Shown one piece after another: positions 8,601 to 15,635 of a stretch of DNA of 64,000 nt. Origin of the DNA: Accumulibacter sp. (GTDB lineage Bacteria; Pseudomonadota; Gammaproteobacteria; Burkholderiales; Rhodocyclaceae). The notes beneath the pieces were generated by a model. The model saw nothing but the letters and a program-made list of their open reading frames with translations. It was not told where the DNA came from and ran no database searches. Location of the stretch: NCBI GenBank assembly GCA_016789495.1, contig JAEUOJ010000201.1, forward strand, positions 8,787 through 72,786, in the 5' to 3' direction. The translations under genes and the position numbers were made by a program. Within the stretch, counting starts at the first letter, position 1, and each line of letters opens with the position of its first letter.

Positions 8601-10704
8601 CGTCGAAAATGGTCAGCAAATCGGCCGCGATCTGGAACACCAAGGAACAATCCACCGGCTCCGCTTTAGCCCCGACAGCCGGCGCCTGCTCAGCACCAGC
8701 GCCGACCACAGCGCGCGACTGTGGGACGCCGCCAGCGGCCGCCCGCTGGGCCAGCCGATGCGCCATGACCAAGAGGTATACGACGCGGCGTTCAGTCCGA
8801 ACAGCCGCTTTATCGCCACCGGTGGCGCCGACCGCCGCGCCCGTCTATGGGACAGCGAGAGCGGCACAGCGGTCGGCGTTCCGTTGCTGCACTCGGCCTC
8901 GGTCAATCGCCTGGCTTTCGCGCCGGATGGCCAACAGTTGGCCACCGCCAGTTTTAACCAGTCGGTCCGCTTGTGGAGCGCACGGCCGACGCCACCGCTG
9001 CACGCCGTGCTGCCGCAACCGGCGGCGCTGCGCCGCGCATCGTTCAGTCCGGACGGCGAACGATTGCTCTCCGCCGGCGACGACGGCAACGTACGGTTAT
9101 GGGACAGTCACAACGGTCAGCCGATCGGCGACGCGCTGAGCCACGGCGCGGCGGTCAACGACGCCCGTTTCAGTGCCGACGGACTACGGGTAGTCACCGC
9201 CAGCGACGACCAGACCGCCCGCCTGTGGGACGGCCTCAGTGGCCGGCCGATCGGCGCGCCGCTGCCGCACCAGGGCGCGGTGCGGCGGGCGCAGTTCAGT
9301 CCGGACGGCCAACGTCTGGTCACCGCCGGTACCGACCGGCAGGCGCGGCTGTGGGACGGCCGTAACGGTCAACCGCTGCTCGCGCCGCTCAAGCATGCGG
9401 ACACGGTGAATGACGCCGCCTTCAGCGCCGACGGCAAACGGCTGCTGACCGCCAGCGACGACGGCACGGCGCGCTTGTGGGACGTCGCCAGCGGCCAGCC
9501 GCTCGAGGTGGTCCTGGTGCACCCGGAGCCGGTCACCCAAGCCATGTTCTGCGCCGACGACCAGCGGATCGTCACCGTCAGCCTTGATCGGCGCGCCCGG
9601 CTGTGGGACAGCCGCAGCGGCAGGCCGCTGGGCACGGCGATGAGCCATCCGGCGACGATCAGCGGCGCCGACTGCAGCGTTGACGGTCGCCGGATCGTCA
9701 CCGCCAGTCTCGACAATACCGCCCGGCTGTGGAACGGCGAAACCGGACAGCCGCTCGGCCGCGTGCTGCGCCACGAAGACGCGGTGTGGCACGTCGCCTT
9801 CAGTCCCGACGGTCGACGGGTGCTCACCGCCAGCGCCGACCGTAGCGCGCGGCTGTGGGATGGCAAGACCGGTGAACCGCTAGGCGCCGCGCTGCGCCAC
9901 GCGCAACCGGTGCGCCACGCGACTTTCAGCGCCGATGGCGGGCGGCTGGTCACCGCCTGGGGGGCGACCGCCTCGGCCAGCCCCGCCGTCGGATCGCCAG
10001 CGGCGCCGTCCGTCTCGCCATCGCCCGCCGCGCCAACAGTCGCCCGCCAATCGACTCGTCAGTCATCGCGCCCGCTGGCGACGGTTCAGAACAACGCGCC
10101 GACAAGAAAAAGCACGCCGTTGTCGGGCCAGCCGAGGGTCGAGCCACCGCCGGCCGATACGCCGAAAGCGGCCGACCGGGCAAGCGACGGCCAACCCTCG
10201 CCCGCCAATTCCCCCGCCATGCGGCTACCGCCCAGCAAGGACAAGGCCGCGAACCCGCCAGCGTTCGATCTCCCCGAGCGCGCTCCTCAACAACAGCAAG
10301 CGCCGTTGCGCGGTCCGAGCGGTGCCTCCGCGCCCTCTTTTGACCTTTTTCCCACCGCCTGGGCCAACGGCAACAGCAAGGTTCCAGACCAGCAAAACCC
10401 GCCAGCGGAGCGTTCGCCGGCGCCGATCAGCGTGAGTGCCACGGCCAAGGCGTTGACCAGCGCTTCGGGTACCCTGGCGGTATCCGGCACCGGCTACCGC
10501 GGCGGCGCCACCGTCTGGCCCGTGCCACCGGACCCTTTGCCGATCCCCGACAGCCGTCCTGTATGGCCGCTCGGTTGGTGGTTCGCCGGGCTGCTCGGTG
10601 CCTGGTTGACCGTCGCCATCCTTCTGGCCTGGCGTGCCCGCCGTCGCTTGCGCCGGCTGTGCGCCACCGACGAGAGCGCGCCACCGCTGATGGCCGCCGC
10701 CTGA
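5683..10704 (+). CDS. Membrane-anchored vWA-like MoxR partner fused to about 16 WD40 repeats
   Basis: CoxE-like N-terminus (LRQRGFRVGASE...FCKNRDDQQRFDAIF), LDVGRTLEAT, YLLLVD and LIVISDG (degenerate MIDAS), about four TM helices, WD40 units (H...V..AAFSPDG..L.TAS.D.TARLWD), Pro/Ala/Ser-rich tract. Confidence 0.88.
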   Translation: MSAAEESAVFRRFPGGIDSLVVFLRQRGFRVGASEAIDAARLVRALASQATAAKPGDDATWLAPKLRPIFCKNRDDQQRFDAIFSEWARDGVGGPPVTQAPSAPANPPPVTGTPNRHGYLALVIALLIAAFFLYRQFNTPPSPPTGSQAPSVAAAAPRPASPSTLAVAPTAPASDGTEASFDGVFPQVRYQAQWRPWVGGALLAVFGLALCALLLPFATPWLGHAQRSGRPIALDDSSLRQEAERIVPPLATDVAARLARHVPGPADSGRRLQRRPPLDVGRTLEATLRQLGILRLRYRRARLAPSYLLLVDGDEQNDPRSRLFYHWAQRLQREGIDVDIRLVRHDPTTGGVHLRQPGGRDGEALDLLPTPPVGQRLIVISDGTLLVDEQGRPRDWLARARLHHWPERVLFTPREPRRWDAREAAIERPERSADPGFIVLPIDENALAAWSELIVSGQLPDFALSRPQRYPRLLRRVEDAAGDQAEQTLLADTPPFSAAEISDLIAQLKLYLGENGYYWLCVCAIPPIVRWQLTLLLGEQYLRNAGVDDSQLAAYIARYYGRLAGLPWLRRQKMPDWLRLALLDSLPTAIQDELRQAVLGRLGQLQPAAGGGETLHLEEPPGPLGRLENAGRPLRLPGTADPPPTDTLYLGFLAGYTPRQLILRAPRQWSAWLPQLPKTRRRGQWRDRLSAWRDRLFWRDGLAFLGGAPQRGLWLALTVATAAGGLAWLADPANLSPRWRQAVYVDQARAVALPQLGLTGELLYSPDGQRLLTLGEPQRGQLWDAGSGRPLGAPLRGEPGKLQAAFSADGRRLVSRVNDRQLDFRDGTTGDLLGPALTYPEPIAAIGFSPAGLRVVTSGIGHATRLWDGESGRPIAELLPERPADAGDLRIQFNADASRLLAASHTEGTLRLWETTTGQPAGTAKLSDTLRVQVFSPGLPTTRTEYSFQSIVLSPDLRLMAVVVLGNRIQLWNVENGQQIGRDLEHQGTIHRLRFSPDSRRLLSTSADHSARLWDAASGRPLGQPMRHDQEVYDAAFSPNSRFIATGGADRRARLWDSESGTAVGVPLLHSASVNRLAFAPDGQQLATASFNQSVRLWSARPTPPLHAVLPQPAALRRASFSPDGERLLSAGDDGNVRLWDSHNGQPIGDALSHGAAVNDARFSADGLRVVTASDDQTARLWDGLSGRPIGAPLPHQGAVRRAQFSPDGQRLVTAGTDRQARLWDGRNGQPLLAPLKHADTVNDAAFSADGKRLLTASDDGTARLWDVASGQPLEVVLVHPEPVTQAMFCADDQRIVTVSLDRRARLWDSRSGRPLGTAMSHPATISGADCSVDGRRIVTASLDNTARLWNGETGQPLGRVLRHEDAVWHVAFSPDGRRVLTASADRSARLWDGKTGEPLGAALRHAQPVRHATFSADGGRLVTAWGATASASPAVGSPAAPSVSPSPAAPTVARQSTRQSSRPLATVQNNAPTRKSTPLSGQPRVEPPPADTPKAADRASDGQPSPANSPAMRLPPSKDKAANPPAFDLPERAPQQQQAPLRGPSGASAPSFDLFPTAWANGNSKVPDQQNPPAERSPAPISVSATAKALTSASGTLAVSGTGYRGGATVWPVPPDPLPIPDSRPVWPLGWWFAGLLGAWLTVAILLAWRARRRLRRLCATDESAPPLMAAA
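7936..9963 (+). repeat. Tandem WD40 coding repeats, about 42 aa (126 bp) per unit
   Basis: Recurrent ttcagtccggacgg / ttcagcgccgacgg and ctgtgggac; 16 units counted in the translation, the last interrupted. Confidence 0.9.
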
Positions 10705-13700
10705 TGAGCGCCGCGCCGCCATCACCAACCGGGGCGTCCGAGCATTCGCCCGAAGCGGTGCGGCCGGCGGTCGCACCGCCGCCAACATCCCTCTGGCGGC
10801 GGCGACTGGCCTCGGTCGTCGGCGGGGTCCTGCTGCTGCCGCTGGCCATCATTGGCGGACTGTGGCGACTGTTTGCCGGCGCTATCGGGCAGCGTGGTCG
10901 ATTGATCGCTTTTGCCCGGGCGCTGGCCCGATCGTCACGGATCGGCCGCTTCCTGGCCGCCGGCGGCGCGGCGAGCGTTTTGATTTTGAGCGTGATCCTG
11001 CTGGAATTGGCGCCCGGGTCACCGTGGTCGGCGGCTTGGATCGGCGTGCTGCTCGGCGTCGGCGGCGCCCTGCTGATTTTGCCGGAATGGCTTGGTTGGC
11101 CGCGCCGGATGACGGCGCTGGTCGCCATCAACCTGCTGATGCTCAGCGCGGCGACCGAGTGGTTGCGCACCACACTGGCGCCGGCCACCTGGCCGGCGGG
11201 CCTCGGCTCGTTTTCCCCTCTGCTCGGCGCGCTCTTGCCGTCATTGCTGCTTGGCGGCGGTGGACTGCTGTTCCTGCCCACCTTCCTCGGCGGCAATTCG
11301 TCGCTGATCGGCCTGCTGGCGGCACTGGGTGGCGGACTGCTGCTGTCGGCGCTGGGCGCCGGCAGCATCCTGAACGCCGTGACGGCGGTGATCGACCTGT
11401 GGCCCGGTCCTGGCAAGACGCTGGTCATCGAATTTTTGGCGGCGACCGCCGTCTGGTTGGCCGCGCTGGCGCTCGCCGCGATGGAGACGCGGCTGCCGCC
11501 GCGGTGGTCGGCTCGCCTGCTGCTCTGGCGCAGTGTCCTGTTGTACCTCGGCGGCGTGCTCGCCGGGGTCGGCGTCGCCCTGCAACTTTATCCTCCGCTG
11601 TTTGTCGGCGCCTGGCGACTGCTTTTCGCCACACCGTTCGAAGGGCTGGCCGTCGCGGCGAGCGCGCTGCTCAGCACGCTGGCCGGACTGATGACAGCGG
11701 CGTTCTTCCTGCTGTTACCGCGCGTACTGGCCCGACGGCAACTGGCCGGTCGATTGACCGCCACCGCCGCCGGCGAGGCCGGCTGGTTCGCCGCCTTGGC
11801 TCTGGCCGCCAGTTCGGCCTTGCTCGCGGCGTTGCTCGGCATGGAAAGTGGCAGGGTGGATTACGCCGATCTGGAGCTGGCGCCGGTGTCGGCGCTGGCC
11901 GTGGTGGGTGTCCTCACCGCCGTCGCGCATACCACGTTGCGTCTGCTGCTCGGCTGGCCGGCGAAGCAAAGGCAGCCGGAGGCGACAATGACGCGGGGCA
12001 ACCCTCTGCTGGTCTTCCTGCCCGAACGGACACCGACGGCCGCCAGCCAGGCGCTGGCGATCCGCGCCATCCGCGCCTGGATCGACGCGACCGGCGGACC
12101 GGTGACGCGGGTCGCGCCAGCGGCGGCGGCCTTACGAATCGGCGGCGCGCACCTGCGGCTCGCCCAGCAGGCCGGTTTGCTACCGGCGTTGTTCGTCGAT
12201 CGCCACTGGCAGGCGGCCAACTGGCAGCGCCTGCGGCCAGCGAACGAGGTCGCGGCGTCGGTTCTGCCGCTCGCCGAACTCTACGGCGGCGCCGCGGCCT
12301 GGCGGACGGCACTCGCCGAGGCGCCGGACGACGCCCGGGTGCTGGTCATCGTCGGCGATTCGCCGCTGGCCTGGGATACCGCGTTTTTCGACGCCCTGCC
12401 CAAACGCGGCGAGATTGTCTGCGATGCCGCCGCCATGCCACCGACCCGTGTCGACCGACAGACGCTGGCCTTCGTCGACGCCGCCCGTCGTGACGACTGG
12501 CTGAGCGCCTTTCTTCAGCGACAGCGCCCAGCGGTGGGTGCGACGCGCCGCCTGTTGCTGCTGTACGCCCCCCCCGACGTGGCGATGGCGCAGGCATTGG
12601 CGGCGGCCCTCGACGGTTTGAGCGATCCGCAGGGTCAGCGCATCGTCGCTTCGCCAATCGCCACCACCCTGGAGAATAGTCTCGCCGTGCTACGACTCGA
12701 CGGCCGCAGCCTGGCCACGGCGGTCGGTCTCGGTGCCCGCTTCGCCGTTCGAAGCGCCGCCGGGCGACCCGGACTGCAGCTCAGCCTGATCAAGGCGATG
12801 GCCCAATACTGGCTCAACCTGTACCCGGCACGGATTGACCTGCTGGTCCTCGAAACGGCGGTTGCGTCGACCAGCCAGGCCATGCTGGCCGGCGGCCTGG
12901 ATCGCGATGCCGACGCCGTATACTCGCTCCTCCCCGCCGAGACCGATGCCGACGACCAACCCCGCCTGTACGAGCGCTCGGCGTACCGCGCCACCTGGCG
13001 CCTGCCGCCGCGTTCGGCGCTCGACGCCCACCGCGTCAGCGAACTGGCCCGCGATTGGCTGGACGGCCGCTGGTCGCCGTTGCCGCCGACCGTCACGGCA
13101 AGCTCGGAGGCCACACTCGAGGGATCGGCGTCAACGATCGCGGCAGAAGTCCCCTTGCCGCCCGAGTCACCATCGCCACCCGAGCCAGCCCCCGGGACGA
13201 CCCCGGCGACAGCGACCGCCAAAGCGCCAAATGCGTCCATAGCCCCGGAAACGCCGGCCGCCAAACCATCGCCAGTGAAGGCGCATGTCCTCTACGCGTC
13301 CCAGGACCAGCGCGATTACCAGACGCTGCGCCGCCATCTGTCGGTCTTTGAAGCCGACGGACTGATCGCTTTTCGGCAGGATGCGCCGCGGGAACGCGAC
13401 TGGGCCGTGGAAATCACCGCCACCTTGGCCGAAGCAGAACTGGTCCTGACGCTGTTCAGCGCCGAGTTTCTGGCTTCCTCCCATTGCCTTGGCGAACTCG
13501 ATCAAGTGCTGAAGCGCGCACTTTCGGGCCAGACCCGGCTGATCCCGATCCCGCTGCGCGGCAGAGAGTGGCTGAAACTGAACCCGCTGCTCGCCCGCTT
13601 CCCGGCTTTGCCAGCGGACGGCACTCCGGTCGCCGAAACGCCGGTTCCCGAGCAGACCTTCGCCGACATCGCCCTCGCCATCCGCCGGATCATCGACGAA

Positions 13701-13751
13701 TTGCGGCCCAAGACCACGCCGGATGACCCGCTTTCACCGCCCCTTCCTTGA
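10704..13751 (+). CDS. Polytopic membrane protein with C-terminal TIR domain
   Basis: ATG overlaps the upstream TGA (TGATG). About 420 aa of hydrophobic helices, an alpha/beta middle region, a Pro-rich linker, then AHVLYASQD...W..EI...LAEAELVLTLFSAEFLASSHCLGEL...RLIPIPLR...FPALP. Confidence 0.85.
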   Translation: MSAAPPSPTGASEHSPEAVRPAVAPPPTSLWRRRLASVVGGVLLLPLAIIGGLWRLFAGAIGQRGRLIAFARALARSSRIGRFLAAGGAASVLILSVILLELAPGSPWSAAWIGVLLGVGGALLILPEWLGWPRRMTALVAINLLMLSAATEWLRTTLAPATWPAGLGSFSPLLGALLPSLLLGGGGLLFLPTFLGGNSSLIGLLAALGGGLLLSALGAGSILNAVTAVIDLWPGPGKTLVIEFLAATAVWLAALALAAMETRLPPRWSARLLLWRSVLLYLGGVLAGVGVALQLYPPLFVGAWRLLFATPFEGLAVAASALLSTLAGLMTAAFFLLLPRVLARRQLAGRLTATAAGEAGWFAALALAASSALLAALLGMESGRVDYADLELAPVSALAVVGVLTAVAHTTLRLLLGWPAKQRQPEATMTRGNPLLVFLPERTPTAASQALAIRAIRAWIDATGGPVTRVAPAAAALRIGGAHLRLAQQAGLLPALFVDRHWQAANWQRLRPANEVAASVLPLAELYGGAAAWRTALAEAPDDARVLVIVGDSPLAWDTAFFDALPKRGEIVCDAAAMPPTRVDRQTLAFVDAARRDDWLSAFLQRQRPAVGATRRLLLLYAPPDVAMAQALAAALDGLSDPQGQRIVASPIATTLENSLAVLRLDGRSLATAVGLGARFAVRSAAGRPGLQLSLIKAMAQYWLNLYPARIDLLVLETAVASTSQAMLAGGLDRDADAVYSLLPAETDADDQPRLYERSAYRATWRLPPRSALDAHRVSELARDWLDGRWSPLPPTVTASSEATLEGSASTIAAEVPLPPESPSPPEPAPGTTPATATAKAPNASIAPETPAAKPSPVKAHVLYASQDQRDYQTLRRHLSVFEADGLIAFRQDAPRERDWAVEITATLAEAELVLTLFSAEFLASSHCLGELDQVLKRALSGQTRLIPIPLRGREWLKLNPLLARFPALPADGTPVAETPVPEQTFADIALAIRRIIDELRPKTTPDDPLSPPLP

Positions 13752-14008
13752 TCCATCGGGCCATAAATGGTCCGTGCCGCCCGTGGACAGGAAAGACCGG
13801 CGATCGAAACCCTGAAGCGTCACGCGCACCGGCGGGCGATCCCGAAAGGGCGAATCGTCGGCGTATCCGGCGAAGGCTTAGCCTGCCGGGTACGCGCCGC
13901 TCCGGAAGGCGTCGACTACCGCCTCAGGCCGTAGCACTATTTCTTCGTCCGCTTTCTTCAACTTGCGGGGACATTCACCCACCAGCGTGCCTATGCCGGG
14001 CACAGACG

Positions 14009-14033
14009 AAAAAAAGCCCCGACAAGCGGGGCT
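14009..14033 (-). terminator. Intrinsic terminator downstream of fadL
   Basis: Minus strand reads GCCCCG-cttgt-CGGGGC-TTTTTTT, about 27 nt after the stop. Confidence 0.8.
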
Positions 14034-14059
14034 GCGGGTGGGTCGATACGACGCGGCGA

Positions 14060-15406
14060 TCAGAAGGCCAGCGAATATTGAGCACTCAAAATCCAGACGC
14101 TGGAATCGTATTCACCGATCACCGTGCCGCGATTGGTCAATGGGTTGGCCGTGGTCTGGTTGTTATTGATCCGAGTGGTCGGGATATGCAGGTACGCGGC
14201 ACCGAGCTCGAGGGTATGATCTTTCGCCGGTTTCCATTGCGCGCCGAGAGTGAACCAGGTCCGGTTGTTGTCGGGTAGCGACACCAGGCGGGTGTTGTCG
14301 TTCTTGACCGGGGATTGGTCATAGGCGATGCCGAACATCAGTTTCCAGGCATCCGACAAGGCGTAATTGGCGCCCAGGGCGACACGATAGGTATTCCTGA
14401 AGTCGGCATCGAGGTCCTGCACCGGCGCACCGTTCTGTGGCCCGGAGGTGCGGACGATGTGGATGGTCTTGATCGAGCTCCAGCCGGTCCACGACAAGTC
14501 GCCCAGCATTTCCCAACGATCGCTCAGACGTTGCGCGACACTGAGGACGAAGGTGTCGGGAACTTTCAAATCGGCTTTGACGTTGCTTTGCGCGCCGCCA
14601 GCAACCAACGCGGCCATCGTTCCATTCGCCGCCGGCGTCCCGTTACTGCTCAAAGTGGACGAGCCGCTGGTGTGATAAAGAATTGTCGAGCGATAGGAGA
14701 CACCGATTCTGGTGGCTGGCGAGAGGGTGAACAACGCGCCGACATTCCATCCCCAGGCATCGTCGTCAATTTTCAAATGCGCCTTCAAGCCAGCGAGGCC
14801 CGGGGAGGCGACACCCACCTGACGGTAGTAGTCGGCCTGGATCCGCTGCCAGTTCAGCCCACCGCCGATCGACACTTTATCATTGATGCGATAGGCGATC
14901 GACGGGTTGAGGTTGATGGTCCTGATGTCGAACTCATCCGACTGGGCGCTGCCTTTCCATGGTGAATCGTACTTGGTCGCCAAACCGAACGGGGCGCCGA
15001 TACCGAAACCGAGGAACAAATCCTTGCTTAATCCCCACGACAGATAGCCGTTCGGGATCGCCGCCACCCCGCCGGCATCACCGCCGTTGCCCGCGGTGCC
15101 GAGAACGCCGACGCTCGACCCCTGGTCAGTGAATTTGAAGCTCGGCCGGACCAGGGTCAGGCCACCGGAAACTTCGCGCGGCTGCAACTGGGTCATCCCA
15201 GCCGGGTTCCAGAAGATGGTCCCGGCGTCGCTGGCCTTGGCCGCCGAGCCGGCGTAAGCGCTACCCAGACCGCTGCCCTGCTCCATCAGTTGAAAACCCG
15301 ATGCACCGGCGGTGCCCGACAAGGCGGCCAGGATCAGCAGTGGCATCATCTTGCTGGCAAACGGCTGGATCATCACTTTCTTTCCCTCTGAAAAATACCG
15401 TGTCAT
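14060..15406 (-). CDS. fadL: FadL/OmpP1 outer-membrane long-chain fatty acid transporter
   Basis: Signal peptide, ASGFQLMEQ...LGSAYAGSAA, IFWNPAGMT (NPA motif), C-terminal Phe. Confidence 0.93.
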   Translation of the reverse strand: MTRYFSEGKKVMIQPFASKMMPLLILAALSGTAGASGFQLMEQGSGLGSAYAGSAAKASDAGTIFWNPAGMTQLQPREVSGGLTLVRPSFKFTDQGSSVGVLGTAGNGGDAGGVAAIPNGYLSWGLSKDLFLGFGIGAPFGLATKYDSPWKGSAQSDEFDIRTINLNPSIAYRINDKVSIGGGLNWQRIQADYYRQVGVASPGLAGLKAHLKIDDDAWGWNVGALFTLSPATRIGVSYRSTILYHTSGSSTLSSNGTPAANGTMAALVAGGAQSNVKADLKVPDTFVLSVAQRLSDRWEMLGDLSWTGWSSIKTIHIVRTSGPQNGAPVQDLDADFRNTYRVALGANYALSDAWKLMFGIAYDQSPVKNDNTRLVSLPDNNRTWFTLGAQWKPAKDHTLELGAAYLHIPTTRINNNQTTANPLTNRGTVIGEYDSSVWILSAQYSLAF

Positions 15407-15635
15407 GGTGGTGTCTCCTGTGTGGATGGATACTCGCCGCGATTCTGAGCCGCTGGCTGAAAATTGTTCCGAATCATGATCCTAAGTCGGCGGAACGAAA
15501 AAATCTCCCTGTCCCGGTCCGACAAGCGAATCCGCCACACAATTTGTCTGTTTTTTACCACGGCCAGACACCGACGGCCCGCCGGGGCGAGCCGTCAGTC
15601 GGAGGATCCCGGACGGTTTATCGCCGGCCGCTGAG

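Noticed and set aside
7936-9963. Regularly spaced DNA repeats as a CRISPR array
   Set aside because: They are degenerate in-frame 126-bp WD40 coding units; there are no identical repeats with unique spacers and no cas genes.
10862-12493. 543-aa Arg/Gly-rich alternative-frame ORF
   Set aside because: Off-frame reading of the membrane-TIR gene with composition typical of GC-rich shadow frames.
13748-14278. Sixth gene of the TIR operon
   Set aside because: Overlaps fadL and its terminator, is Arg-rich, and shows no domain signal.
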